NCBI GenBank assembly: GCA_036172455.1 | Contig: JAXKVY010000005.1 | Location: 1 to 64,000, forward strand | Direction: 5' to 3' | Source: Candidatus Izemoplasma sp. | Lineage (GTDB): Bacteria > Bacillota_I > Bacilli_A > Izemoplasmatales > Izemoplasmataceae | DNA: 64,000 bases | Notes under the pieces: model-generated | Seen by the model: only the letters and a program-made list of their open reading frames with translations | Database searches by the model: none | Told to the model about the DNA's origin: nothing | Program-made: the position numbers and the translations under genes | Shown here: piece after piece, positions 7,753 through 18,662 of the stretch | Numbering within the stretch: the first letter of the stretch is position 1 | Layout of the letters: each line of letters begins with the position of its first letter

Positions 7753-9048
7753 TCAAGTTTCCAAAATATAGCTCACAAGATGGGTCTTTTGATGAAAAAT
7801 CATGACAAAACCTTTGTAAATTAATAACGTGTCTAAGGTCGGATCAAACTTAATTGATTCAAACAGAATAGAGTCACCTTTTTTGGTGAGTTCACTAATC
7901 ATCTTATCTAGCATATAGTCTTGGTCTGTGTTGTCATTAGGTAAATCAAATGATAAGATGTTTACCTGTGTTTTATCTTGCATTGGAATATCTCTAATCT
8001 CATATCCATAAAGACCAACTTCAACATCATCTTTTAATAATGTGACTTGATGTATGTCAGATATTAGTTCCTCTGTGAGACGATATTTTTGCGTATAAGA
8101 AGTTGGTCTAAACTTTAAGGTATCGGTGACTTTTACATTGAGTAATGTTTTAAGAATATTGATACTTAAAGAGATATATGTAACAGCAACCATAATAGCT
8201 AAAATTTCCTTTTGAGGCCTTGGGTCGGTGAATAGCTCCATTGTCCCAATCATTATGCCAAGACCAATTAATGTTAAAGTTCGTATATAAAATAATGTCA
8301 TTTTATGTGTGTAGGTTTTATTTACAATTGAAATAATAAAATCAACAATTAATAAGAATGCGAGTGCAATCAATAGTGTCATTAAGAACCGTTCTGTATT
8401 GGTGCTGAGATTTTGAATATTTTGAAATAATACTACAACGGTAATACCCATAAGTAGATGCAATAATTTTAAGATATCTAATAATTGATATTGAATCAGT
8501 TGTTTAATATAATAAACAAAGATACTAAAGATCATGACTAAGTAAAGAATAAGGGCAACTGTTTGTCCGCCTTCACCAACCGAACTGCAATTATAATCGG
8601 TCCAACCACAACCAGTAATAGCTAAATGGATGTAGTCAATTACGATAAATAGCGGTAACAAAATCCACAGCTCTAAAGGTTTAATACTTCGAGAAATTAA
8701 TAGACTGTGTACACCTAATACGAGAATAAGCAGGAGATAAACAGTGATTAGGTTAGATAACTCAAGAGCATTTTGGAAGGTATAAAAGTACATCAAAATA
8801 TTACCGATAAGCCCAAAGAGTAAATACTTTTGTTCAATTTTTGATGGTACGTGAATCTTATCAAGATAGATGGCTAACGCAATCCCTAAAGCTAAAGCAA
8901 GTAAAAGTATGAGATTAAGAATGAGTGTAATGATATGATCAGAACGCGTTATAGAACTACTGTAAATGGAGACAATTCCCCAAATAAAAGGGGGATATAA
9001 GAAAAATATATAGGTTAATACATAGTATAATTTACTGACTTTTTTCAT
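7753..9048 (-). CDS. polytopic membrane protein with C-terminal soluble domain, unknown function
   Basis: About 10 predicted TM helices and a roughly 130-aa hydrophilic C-terminus. The ATG at 9048 has an AAGGAG RBS. Confidence 0.45.
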   Translation of the reverse strand: MKKVSKLYYVLTYIFFLYPPFIWGIVSIYSSSITRSDHIITLILNLILLLALALGIALAIYLDKIHVPSKIEQKYLLFGLIGNILMYFYTFQNALELSNLITVYLLLILVLGVHSLLISRSIKPLELWILLPLFIVIDYIHLAITGCGWTDYNCSSVGEGGQTVALILYLVMIFSIFVYYIKQLIQYQLLDILKLLHLLMGITVVVLFQNIQNLSTNTERFLMTLLIALAFLLIVDFIISIVNKTYTHKMTLFYIRTLTLIGLGIMIGTMELFTDPRPQKEILAIMVAVTYISLSINILKTLLNVKVTDTLKFRPTSYTQKYRLTEELISDIHQVTLLKDDVEVGLYGYEIRDIPMQDKTQVNILSFDLPNDNTDQDYMLDKMISELTKKGDSILFESIKFDPTLDTLLIYKGFVMIFHQKTHLVSYILET

Positions 9049-9123
9049 ATGAACCACTCCTTAATCCTATTATACCCTCTATGCTTCTATAATACTATAG
9101 ATACTGTTAGATTATCGATCAAA

Positions 9124-9148
9124 TAAAAAAAGCGCAAAGCGCTTTTTA
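9124..9148 (-). terminator. rho-independent terminator
   Basis: GCGCtttGCGC hairpin flanked by A7/T5. Confidence 0.6.
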
Positions 9149-9829
9149 GAGTTCAGTATATTCTCCGGGATTAAGTATTATGACGTCTGATTGGGAAACT
9201 TTATCTTTGAAATCATTAGGGTCTGCTTGGATTTGATCAAAAGTATTATAATGAATTGGAACCACTTTATCTGGCTTGATAAAATCTACTGCAATAACGG
9301 CATCATCAACATCCATTGTATAGTTCCCCCCAATGGGTAAAAAAGCAAGATCAATTAAACTGTTTTCTAATAATTTCATATCATATGTAAGTCCAGTATC
9401 TCCAGCATGATAAATTGTCTTATCGGCAACTTTGAGTAAAAAGCCACAAGGGGTACCCCCGTCATAAATCATATCGTTTTCGACATATCCTGATCCATGA
9501 AGCGCAGGTGTCATTTTAACGGTTCCAAAATCAACCGTAGCACGACCTCCAATATGCATCGCATGGATGTTTAAATCACGATCAATACTCTTTAATATTG
9601 TCGCAATTTCAGCGTTTGATATAATTAAAGCATTATTTTTCTTTGCGATTTCAATCGCATCACCCACATGATCGCCATGAGCATGTGTGATTAATACGTG
9701 TGTGATACCATCGATATCACGATCATTTTTTTTATAGACTGGGTTGTGTGTTAAAAAGGGATCAATGATTATTTTATAGTCTAATGCTTCAATTAATACA
9801 GCCGCATGTCCTAAAAATGTACATTTCAT
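9146..9829 (-). CDS. metal-dependent hydrolase, MBL fold (UPF0173 family)
   Basis: HAHGDH metallo-beta-lactamase motif; 227 aa. Confidence 0.8.
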   Translation of the reverse strand: MKCTFLGHAAVLIEALDYKIIIDPFLTHNPVYKKNDRDIDGITHVLITHAHGDHVGDAIEIAKKNNALIISNAEIATILKSIDRDLNIHAMHIGGRATVDFGTVKMTPALHGSGYVENDMIYDGGTPCGFLLKVADKTIYHAGDTGLTYDMKLLENSLIDLAFLPIGGNYTMDVDDAVIAVDFIKPDKVVPIHYNTFDQIQADPNDFKDKVSQSDVIILNPGEYTEL

Positions 9830-9937
9830 TATCTATCATCCTTCTTTCTCTCTATCTTTAGAATAAAATGAATGATACCTTTTGTCAATCACAAAGAACG
9901 TGTATAATAATAGTAACAAGTAACGAGGTGTAAAGAT

Positions 9938-11431
9938 ATGAATCAACCAATTGTAGATACGGCTAGAATCCGTAAATTTGATCAATTGACAATCGAAAAA
10001 GAAAATATTACATCATTAGAATTGATGCGACGTGTTGGTGGAATCATGGCTGATTATATGATTAACAATAGTCTGATTACACAACTTGATCATATTGTAG
10101 TTATCTCTGGGTGTGGGAATAATGGTGGCGATGCTTTAGTCATCGCGAAACATCTACTGGCACATGATTACCGTGTCGATATTTTCCTTATTGGTGAAAA
10201 AGATACGTTGAGTGATGAAACAATGTCGCTTGTAAAAGAGCTAAAAAAAGATATTACATTTTTACATAAGACTGTTAATTTTGATCCTTTGATGACGGTA
10301 TTACAAGATACTTCAATCTTAATTGATGGAATCTTTGGCATTGGATTATCGAGAGATGTTGAAGGGATATATAAAGATATAATTGAACTGATTCAACGAT
10401 ATGATAATCATATTATCAGTATTGACATGCCATCTGGTATTCATGCGGACAATGGGTTAATACAAGGTGTCGCAGTTAAAGCAAATGACACGTTAATTGT
10501 TCAAACTCTAAAACAAGGAAACGTTCTTAATGAAGGGATTGTCTATACGGGTAGACGCCATGTATTAGATGTTGGTATATTAGCTGATTACCGTGAAGAA
10601 GAAACCCATTTACTCGATCCTAATTACTATCGTAGGTATCTTAAACCCCGTCAAGCACTCTCGCATAAATATGATTATGGCCATGTCTTAACTGTTGGCG
10701 GTAGTAAGGGTATGATGGGCGCACCAATGTTATCGGCGCAAGCATCTATGCGTTGTGGATCAGGTCTTGTCTCTGTCTTATATTTAGATACTGATCAAAA
10801 CTTTATTCCTTCATATATACCTGAATTGATGGTCGATATGTATTCGGGTCTTGCTAGTTTTACACCCAAACTAGAGAAAAAAGATGCGGTTGTCTTTGGC
10901 ATGGGTCTTAAACAAGATAATGCGATTCGTAAGGAATCGTTGAATCAATTGTTAAAGACAGATATTCCAGTTGTTATAGATGCGGCAGGACTCACCTACT
11001 TTAAAGCTTTAAAAGACCAACATGCTGAACGGGGCAACATCGTGATAACACCTCATAAAGGTGAATTTGCTAAATTTTTAAATATATCGATTGATGAGTT
11101 AAATCAAAATCTTATTTTATATGCTAAAAATGTTGCTCATAAGTATCACACAACGGTTGTTCTTAAAGGCCCAGTAACGATTATCACAAACGATACCTTG
11201 ACGTATTTTAGTCATTTTGCTAACCCTGGTATGGCAACAGCAGGTAGTGGTGATGTATTAGCAGGTATGATTGGCTCTTTTTTAGGCCAAGGGTATTCAC
11301 CTATCGAAGCCGCAGTACTCGGTGTTAGTATTCATTCACATGCGGGGAATATTGCAAAAGATACTTATGGAGAAACATCAATGCTTGCCACTGATATTGT
11401 TGAATCGATTGCGAAAGTATTAAAGGACTGA
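9938..11431 (+). CDS. nnr: bifunctional NAD(P)H-hydrate repair enzyme (epimerase/dehydratase)
   Basis: YjeF-N domain fused to a carbohydrate-kinase-like dehydratase domain (GSGDVLAG). Confidence 0.85.
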   Translation: MNQPIVDTARIRKFDQLTIEKENITSLELMRRVGGIMADYMINNSLITQLDHIVVISGCGNNGGDALVIAKHLLAHDYRVDIFLIGEKDTLSDETMSLVKELKKDITFLHKTVNFDPLMTVLQDTSILIDGIFGIGLSRDVEGIYKDIIELIQRYDNHIISIDMPSGIHADNGLIQGVAVKANDTLIVQTLKQGNVLNEGIVYTGRRHVLDVGILADYREEETHLLDPNYYRRYLKPRQALSHKYDYGHVLTVGGSKGMMGAPMLSAQASMRCGSGLVSVLYLDTDQNFIPSYIPELMVDMYSGLASFTPKLEKKDAVVFGMGLKQDNAIRKESLNQLLKTDIPVVIDAAGLTYFKALKDQHAERGNIVITPHKGEFAKFLNISIDELNQNLILYAKNVAHKYHTTVVLKGPVTIITNDTLTYFSHFANPGMATAGSGDVLAGMIGSFLGQGYSPIEAAVLGVSIHSHAGNIAKDTYGETSMLATDIVESIAKVLKD

Positions 11432-11435
11432 TAAA

Positions 11436-11846
11436 ATGGAAGTAACTACACAGATTCAATTACGCTATAGTGATACCGATCAAATGGGCGTGATTTATCA
11501 CGCGAATTATGTCACTTTTTTTGAACAAGGACGAACTGATTTTTTTAAGCAAATAGGTATTGATTATAATGAGATAGAAGCATCCGGCATTATTTTTCCT
11601 GTTCATGATATAGACATCACTTATCATAATGCATCACGTTTAGATGAAACACTCTATGTTGTTACAACGATAAAAAAGATATCACCCGTTAAAATTGTGT
11701 TTACCCATATTATAAAAACAGATAACCAAATTAAAGCCAAAGGATCTTCCGTGATCGTTTGTGTTGATAAAGCAACATTTAAACTTAGAAAATTATCTAA
11801 AACACTACCAAAAGTCTATGAAAGGATGACAGATTATGGAGTATAA
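11436..11846 (+). CDS. acyl-CoA thioesterase, YbgC/4HBT family
   Basis: YSDTDQMGVIYHANY hotdog-fold motif. Confidence 0.75.
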   Translation: MEVTTQIQLRYSDTDQMGVIYHANYVTFFEQGRTDFFKQIGIDYNEIEASGIIFPVHDIDITYHNASRLDETLYVVTTIKKISPVKIVFTHIIKTDNQIKAKGSSVIVCVDKATFKLRKLSKTLPKVYERMTDYGV

Positions 11847-12765
11847 AGAATTATCACGCTTTAATAAAAAGATTAGCCGTATTGGATTTGGGGCATGGCA
11901 ACTTGGAAATACTAAAGAGTTTTCAAAAATGACGATTAACGAAGGAGTTAAATTGGTTCATGAGGCACTTGATGCAGGGGTTACATTCTTTGATACAGCG
12001 CCTAATTATGCGAGTGGACGTAGTGAAGAAATATTAGGCATTGCGCTTAAGGAGCATACGGATAAAACTTTTATTAATACAAAAGTTGGACATGATCCCG
12101 ACGACAATTTTGATTTTTCTTTAGAAGGCATTACAGCTTCAATCAAACGCAGTCTTAAAGCCCTAAATAGGGATTACATCGATAGTGTTATTCTGCATAA
12201 TCCCGGGATCGATATACTTAAAGGTGAAGCACACTATAATCACTTAGAAACCTTGAAAAAACAAGGCTTAATTAATGGATATGGCGTAAGTATTGATACA
12301 CTTGAAGAATTACAAACCGTCCTTGATGTTAGTGATGTTGATGTGATTGAAATTATGTACAATATTTTTCATCAAGCACCTGCCACGCTATTTGATGAAG
12401 TCAAAAAGCGTGATATATTGTTAATCATTAAAGTGCCATTAGATTCAGGTTGGTTAACCGGTAAATACGATAAAACATCAACCTTTACGGGGATTCGTTC
12501 ACGGTGGACAGAGGCAGATATTAAACGACGCTCTGCGCTTGTGGATGATGTCAAGGCAATTGTTGGATCAGATAACTTAGTGCCGTATGCTTTACAGTTT
12601 ATTTTAGCCCAAGATGCTGTCACAACAGTCATTCCTGGTATGCGTAACCAAACACAATTAGAAGGAAATGTTGCGGCGTTATCATACGAGTTATCAGACC
12701 AACAAATGAATGATTTAAAAGAATTATACAGTACAAAAATTAAACCAAAACCACTTCCGTGGTAA
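11836..12765 (+). CDS. aldo/keto reductase
   Basis: FDTAPNYASGRSEE and the overall AKR pattern. Confidence 0.85.
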   Translation: MEYKELSRFNKKISRIGFGAWQLGNTKEFSKMTINEGVKLVHEALDAGVTFFDTAPNYASGRSEEILGIALKEHTDKTFINTKVGHDPDDNFDFSLEGITASIKRSLKALNRDYIDSVILHNPGIDILKGEAHYNHLETLKKQGLINGYGVSIDTLEELQTVLDVSDVDVIEIMYNIFHQAPATLFDEVKKRDILLIIKVPLDSGWLTGKYDKTSTFTGIRSRWTEADIKRRSALVDDVKAIVGSDNLVPYALQFILAQDAVTTVIPGMRNQTQLEGNVAALSYELSDQQMNDLKELYSTKIKPKPLPW

Positions 12766-12790
12766 GCGACTATTCCAGTCGCTTTTTTTA
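12766..12790 (+). terminator. rho-independent terminator
   Basis: GCGAC-loop-GTCGC followed by T8. Confidence 0.7.
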
Positions 12791-12910
12791 TTATATACAG
12801 TAAACTTTAACGAACTAAAGCGCTAAACTAAGCCGTTAAAAGAAAGAAAACCCTTTCATTTATATTTTTTTTAAGGTATACTAAAGTTACCAAATAAATG
12901 AGGTGACTAT

Positions 12911-14443
12911 ATGATTACATTAAATGGTGGCGGACTTGATTTAGAAAGCTTTATCAAGGTCGCAAGATATAAAGAAAAGGTAATGATTGGGAAAAGTCAT
13001 AGACAAAAAGTAACCCATGCCCGTGAGTTTGTTAAGGATATTGTTGATAACAATGAAACAGTCTATGGTATTAACACAGGATTTGGTAAACTTAGTGATA
13101 CAATTATTGGTGCTAAGGATGTCTCTGTTTTACAGGAAAACCTTATCAAAAGTCATGCCTGTACCGTCGGTAATGTTCTTGATGAAGAAGTTGTTAGAGG
13201 GATGATGTTATTACGCGTTAATGCCTTAATTAGAGGATATAGTGGGATACGATTAGTTGTATTAGAAAAGATTATTGAGTTATTAAATAAAGAGGTGACA
13301 CCTCTCGTATTTGAAAAAGGCAGTTTAGGAGCGAGTGGAGACTTAGCCCCCTTATCCAATATGAGTTTACCAATTATTGGCTTAGGAGAATGTACATACC
13401 ACAATAAGCGCTTAACAACACAAGATGCATTTAAAGAAGCAGATATAAAACCGATACCACAACTGATTGCGAAAGAAGGACTCGCCTTAATCAATGGGAC
13501 ACAAGCAATGACAAGTTTAGCAGCCTTTACGGTCTATGATGGTCTACGATTATGTGATTTTGCCAATGTCTCTTTAGCCCTTTCTTTAGAAGCATTAGAA
13601 GGAATCACTGATGCGTACGATGACCGTGTTCATCAAGTGAGAGGCCATCAAGGTCAGATAACAGTCGCAAAGGCGATATTAAAGATGCTCACAGGGAGTG
13701 AGTCTGTTACTAGACAAGGAGAAAAACGTGTCCAAGATGCATATTCTTTACGGTGTGCACCACAAGTACATGGTGCATCATTAGATGCCTTATCTTATGT
13801 CAAAGATACGATAGAAATTGAAATGAATGCTGTCACAGATAATCCTATTTTATTTGCGGATGATCATGAAGCAATTAGCGCAGGGAATTTTCATGGACAA
13901 CCAATTGCTTTAGTTATTGATCACATGAAAATAGCCTTAAGTGAACTGGCTAATATCTCAGAAAGACGTTTAGAAAGATTGGTTAATCCACAGTTATCAG
14001 AAGGGTTACCACCCTTCTTAACCACACAGCCAGGAACTAATAGTGGGTTTATGATTGTTCAGTATAGTGCAGCATCGTTAGTGAGCCATAATAAGGTTTT
14101 GGCCCATCCAGCATCTGTTGATAGTATTTCAAGTAGTGCCAATCAAGAAGATCATGTATCAATGGGAACGAATGGGGCATTGCAAGCAAAAGAGATTTTA
14201 GCCAATGTTCGACAAGTGATTGGGATGGAGATGTTAACAGCTTGTCAGGCAATAGATTTAAGAGATCAAAGACAGCTTGGCGTAACAACTGAAAAAGCTT
14301 ATAATAAAATTAGAGAATACATACCATTTATTGAGAAAGATGAAACAATGTATCCTCATTTACATAAAATCGATACATTGTTACAAGATGATATGTTTTA
14401 TAAATCCATTATGAATGAGGTGACACAAGATGAAACCGATTAA
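12911..14443 (+). CDS. hutH: histidine ammonia-lyase
   Basis: GASGDLAPLS MIO-forming Ala-Ser-Gly motif. Confidence 0.9.
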   Translation: MITLNGGGLDLESFIKVARYKEKVMIGKSHRQKVTHAREFVKDIVDNNETVYGINTGFGKLSDTIIGAKDVSVLQENLIKSHACTVGNVLDEEVVRGMMLLRVNALIRGYSGIRLVVLEKIIELLNKEVTPLVFEKGSLGASGDLAPLSNMSLPIIGLGECTYHNKRLTTQDAFKEADIKPIPQLIAKEGLALINGTQAMTSLAAFTVYDGLRLCDFANVSLALSLEALEGITDAYDDRVHQVRGHQGQITVAKAILKMLTGSESVTRQGEKRVQDAYSLRCAPQVHGASLDALSYVKDTIEIEMNAVTDNPILFADDHEAISAGNFHGQPIALVIDHMKIALSELANISERRLERLVNPQLSEGLPPFLTTQPGTNSGFMIVQYSAASLVSHNKVLAHPASVDSISSSANQEDHVSMGTNGALQAKEILANVRQVIGMEMLTACQAIDLRDQRQLGVTTEKAYNKIREYIPFIEKDETMYPHLHKIDTLLQDDMFYKSIMNEVTQDETD

Positions 14444-16439
14444 GCAATTATCACTTGATGATATTTTTTCAGAATTACCAGAATATCCGCAGTTTGAAGA
14501 AGGAATAAGACGCGCACCAAAACGAGAAATGACACTGAATAAACAAGATCAAAAGTTAGCCTTAAAAAATGCGTTACGCTATATTCCTAAAAAATGGCAT
14601 GACATATTAGCCAAAGAGTTTTACGATGAACTCATGACGCGGGGGCGCATATATGGGTATCGTTTCCGCCCCAAAGGACAATTAAAAGGGCATCCTATTG
14701 AAACTTATAAAGGGAAAACACTTGAAGGGAAAGCCTTTCAAGTGATGATTGATAATAACTTAGACTTTGATATTGCGCTCTATCCATATGAGTTGGTGAC
14801 CTACGGTGAAACAGGCCGTGTTATGCAAAATTGGATGCAGTATTGTTTAGTAAAAAAATATCTAGAAATCATGAATGATGAACAAACCCTTGTCTTACTC
14901 AGTGGACATCCACTTGGACTATTTGCGTCTCATAAAGAAGCGCCTCGTGTAATTTTGACAAATGGCCTTATGATAGGCCAGTTTAATGACTTAGACCACT
15001 GGTCTAGGGCAGCACAATTAGGGGTGGCTAGTTATGGACAAATGACTGCTGGTGGATGGATGTATATCGGTCCACAAGGAATTGTTCATGGGACCTATTC
15101 TACTTTGTTAAACGCTGGAAGAGCAAAACTTAATATACCCGAAGATCAAGATTTAAGTGGTGTCTTATTTGTTTCCTCAGGTTTGGGTGGGATGAGTGGT
15201 GCCCAAGGTAAAGCCGCAAAAATAGCTGGCGCAGCCGCTATTATTGCTGAAGTTGATCGATCTAGAATTAACACCCGTTATGAACAAGGGTGGGTAGATC
15301 ATATTACCTATACGCCTACAGAAGCCTATGATTTAGCTCGTAAATTTAAAGATAATAAAACCCCAATTGCGATAGCTTACCTAGGTAATGTGGTAGAGTT
15401 ACTTGAGTATGCTGTTGAGAAAAATATCCCTATCGACTTACTGAGTGATCAAACAAGTTGTCATGCTGTTTATGATGGGGGCTATACACCAGTTGGTGTC
15501 AAGTTTAAACGCCGAACTGAATTGCTTGAAACAGACAAAGATTTGTTCAAAAAATTAGTTGATAAAGGACTAAAACGGCATTTTGAGGCGATAAAAACCA
15601 TCACTGAGCGTGGGACATACTTCTTTGATTATGGCAATAGTTTTTTAAAAGCCATTTATGATAGTGGTGTGACTGAAATATGTCAAAATAACAAAAATGA
15701 TTTAGATGGATTCATTTGGCCGAGTTATGTAGAAGATATCATGGGACCTGTTTTATTTGACTATGGATATGGTCCATTTCGTTGGGTATGTCTAAGTGGT
15801 AAAGACAGCGATTTAGATAAAACAGACCAAGCAGCAATGGCATGTATTGATAAAAATCGACGGTTTCAGGATTTAGACAATTATAATTGGATTAAAGATG
15901 CTAAGAAGAATCAGTTAGTTGTTGGAACGAAAGCACGCATTTTATATCAAGATGCATACGGGCGCTTAAAGATTGCTTTGAAGTTTAATGAGATGGTAAG
16001 AAATAATGAGATAGGACCGATTATGTTAGGCCGTGATCATCATGATACAGGGGGAACAGATTCTCCATTTAGAGAAACGTCTAACATTAAAGATGGGAGT
16101 AATATAATGGCAGAAATGGCAACTCATGTTGCACTAGGTAATACTGCTAGGGGTATGAGTCTAGTCAGTTTACACAATGGGGGTGGCGTTGGTATTTCAA
16201 AAGCGGTAAACGGTGGTTATGGCATGGTGCTTGATGGATCAGAACGTGTTGATAAAATACTAAACACTGCAATGTTACATGATGTGATGACAGGTGTTGC
16301 TAGACGAGCTTGGGCACGTAATGAGCATGCGTATGATACTGCAAAACAGTTTAATACACTCGATAACAATGCCCTTATAACATTGCCAGAAATCGCAAAT
16401 GATGACTTAATAAATACGATAGTAGATGAGGATGAGTAA
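14430..16439 (+). CDS. hutU: urocanate hydratase (long form)
   Basis: Urocanase family with conserved NAD-binding core; 669 aa. Confidence 0.85.
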   Translation: MKPIKQLSLDDIFSELPEYPQFEEGIRRAPKREMTLNKQDQKLALKNALRYIPKKWHDILAKEFYDELMTRGRIYGYRFRPKGQLKGHPIETYKGKTLEGKAFQVMIDNNLDFDIALYPYELVTYGETGRVMQNWMQYCLVKKYLEIMNDEQTLVLLSGHPLGLFASHKEAPRVILTNGLMIGQFNDLDHWSRAAQLGVASYGQMTAGGWMYIGPQGIVHGTYSTLLNAGRAKLNIPEDQDLSGVLFVSSGLGGMSGAQGKAAKIAGAAAIIAEVDRSRINTRYEQGWVDHITYTPTEAYDLARKFKDNKTPIAIAYLGNVVELLEYAVEKNIPIDLLSDQTSCHAVYDGGYTPVGVKFKRRTELLETDKDLFKKLVDKGLKRHFEAIKTITERGTYFFDYGNSFLKAIYDSGVTEICQNNKNDLDGFIWPSYVEDIMGPVLFDYGYGPFRWVCLSGKDSDLDKTDQAAMACIDKNRRFQDLDNYNWIKDAKKNQLVVGTKARILYQDAYGRLKIALKFNEMVRNNEIGPIMLGRDHHDTGGTDSPFRETSNIKDGSNIMAEMATHVALGNTARGMSLVSLHNGGGVGISKAVNGGYGMVLDGSERVDKILNTAMLHDVMTGVARRAWARNEHAYDTAKQFNTLDNNALITLPEIANDDLINTIVDEDE

Positions 16440-16440
16440 A

Positions 16441-17403
16441 ATGAGTAAAGTTGTACAATGTGTACCAAATTTTAGTGAAGGACGAGATCAACAAAAGATA
16501 GATGATATAGTTTCTGTCTTACAAAATAAAGATGGATTTAAGTGTATTAGTGTAGAACCTGATGGAGATTATAACCGAACTGTAGTAACCTTGCTTGGTG
16601 ACCCACAAGCGATTATTAACGCATTACCTGTCTTTGTCGAAAAAGTGCTTGAACATATTGACATGAATCAACAATCAGGACAACACCCTCGTATGGGTGC
16701 AGTCGATGTCATTCCTTTTATTCCGATCAGTGGTGTTACAATGGAAGACTGTGTTAGATATGCCCATGATACCGCAAGTATTATTTGGGAAACATTAAAA
16801 ATACCATCGTTCTTATATGCAGAAGCAGCGCAAACACGCTTGCGCCGTAAATTACCAACCATCCGTAAAGGTGAATTTGAAGGCATGAAACAAAAAATCC
16901 AACAAGAAAAATGGCACCCTGATTACGGTAATCCAGAAATTCATCCAACATTTGGGGTGATTGGTATTGGTGCTCGAATTCCATTAATTGCCTACAACAT
17001 AGATTTAGCTACAAATGATCTCAATGTTGCAAAAAAAATAAGTCGAGCAATTCGGTTTTCAAGTGGAGGGTTTCGCTTTATTCAAGCAGGCCCTGCAGAA
17101 TTAGAGTCGCGCGGGCATGTTCAAGTAACAATGAATATCCTCGATTATAAAAAGAATCCTATTTACCGTATTTTAGAGACAGTTAAAATGGAGGCAGCGC
17201 GTTATCATGTCGATGTTCCAAGTTGTGAACTTGTAGGATTAGCGCCAAAAGCAACATTTACGAATAGTCTAAAATATTACTATGAAAAGGAAAATAAAAC
17301 ATGGCCAAAGGATATTTCTTTTGCACAAATCACACAAGATGCCAAAACATATATGGGATTTAGAGACCTTGATCCATTAAAAATAATTGAAGCTAATATG
17401 TAG
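16441..17403 (+). CDS. glutamate formimidoyltransferase
   Basis: N-terminus MSKVVQCVPNFSEGRD is typical of the formiminotransferase domain. Confidence 0.85.
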   Translation: MSKVVQCVPNFSEGRDQQKIDDIVSVLQNKDGFKCISVEPDGDYNRTVVTLLGDPQAIINALPVFVEKVLEHIDMNQQSGQHPRMGAVDVIPFIPISGVTMEDCVRYAHDTASIIWETLKIPSFLYAEAAQTRLRRKLPTIRKGEFEGMKQKIQQEKWHPDYGNPEIHPTFGVIGIGARIPLIAYNIDLATNDLNVAKKISRAIRFSSGGFRFIQAGPAELESRGHVQVTMNILDYKKNPIYRILETVKMEAARYHVDVPSCELVGLAPKATFTNSLKYYYEKENKTWPKDISFAQITQDAKTYMGFRDLDPLKIIEANM

Positions 17404-17408
17404 GTGAT

Positions 17409-18662
17409 GTGATGAAAGTTGATACGAAAATAATCAATATTAAGCATCTTTATACACCGGTAAAACCGATTAAAAGTTATCACGTAAAGCAATTATCAAA
17501 CTGTGAGATAGCGATTAAGGATGGCAAAATAGTCGCTATTGGAAATGCTTTAACATCATATGATGCTAACTATATGATCGATGCAAAAGGGAAAGTTGCT
17601 TTGCCAGGTTTTATAGATGGGCATACCCACCTTGTGCATGGGGGGTCTCGTGAACATGAGTTTGACTTAAAACTTAACGGTGTAGCGTATATGGACATTT
17701 TAAAACAAGATGGCGGTATTTTATCAACTGTAAAAGCAACGAGACAAGCATCATTTGATAGTTTATACCAACAAGCATTAAAGTCGTTAAATCATATGTT
17801 ACAGTTTGGTGTCACTACTATTGAAGCAAAAAGTGGCTACGGATTAGACACTGATACTGAACTAAAACAACTCAAAGTGAATCAAAAACTCAATCAAGAC
17901 CATGTGATAGATATTCACTCTACCTTTTTAAAAGCGCACGCATTACCAATAGAATATAAAGAAGATAAAGATGAGTATATTCAAAGTGTATTAGATGATA
18001 TGGACTATATTAAAAAGCATGACTTAGCTAAGGCAGTGGATATTTTCTGTGAAGCCTTTGTCTTCGATGACAAAGATACTGAAAAATTGGCTAAAAAAGC
18101 GAAACAATTAAACTTGAATTTACGGATTCACACAGATGAGATAGAGTCAATTGGTGGCACACCAATTGCGTTAAATTATAATGCTAAAAGTATTGATCAT
18201 TTAATTGTGATCTCTGATGATAATATTCAAAAAGCAGCACATACTAATACTTTATGTAATCTTTTACCTAGTACATCATTTTATCTTAATAAACCATATG
18301 CCAGAGCAAGAAAGATGATTGATAAAGGATGTATGATAGGTATCTCAAGTGATTATAATCCTGGTAGCACACCAAGTGAGAACTTACAATTTTCTATGCA
18401 TTTAGCCGCATTAAAAATGCGATTAACGCCAGAAGAGATACTTACAGGGGTTACGTTACATCCTGCCTATAGTTTAGAAATTGATCACCAAGTGGGGATC
18501 TTAGATACTGATTATGATGCCGATATTGTTTTGTGCGATATACCTAATTTAGCTTATTTCTTTTATCATTACGGGATTAACCATGTAACCGATGTATTTA
18601 AAAAAGGACAACATGTTGTTAAAAACAGATTAATTAATAGTGGAGGTAAATCATGTCATTAG
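17409..18662 (+). CDS. hutI: imidazolonepropionase
   Basis: GFIDGHTHLVHGGSR amidohydrolase motif. Confidence 0.85.
   Translation: MMKVDTKIINIKHLYTPVKPIKSYHVKQLSNCEIAIKDGKIVAIGNALTSYDANYMIDAKGKVALPGFIDGHTHLVHGGSREHEFDLKLNGVAYMDILKQDGGILSTVKATRQASFDSLYQQALKSLNHMLQFGVTTIEAKSGYGLDTDTELKQLKVNQKLNQDHVIDIHSTFLKAHALPIEYKEDKDEYIQSVLDDMDYIKKHDLAKAVDIFCEAFVFDDKDTEKLAKKAKQLNLNLRIHTDEIESIGGTPIALNYNAKSIDHLIVISDDNIQKAAHTNTLCNLLPSTSFYLNKPYARARKMIDKGCMIGISSDYNPGSTPSENLQFSMHLAALKMRLTPEEILTGVTLHPAYSLEIDHQVGILDTDYDADIVLCDIPNLAYFFYHYGINHVTDVFKKGQHVVKNRLINSGGKSCH

Noticed and set aside
12751-12765. CCACTTCCGTGG palindrome resembling half of the repeated terminator element
   Set aside because: It lies inside the aldo/keto reductase coding sequence (..KPKPLPW), has no flanking A/T runs, and shares only the CTTCC core. 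I treat it as coincidental.
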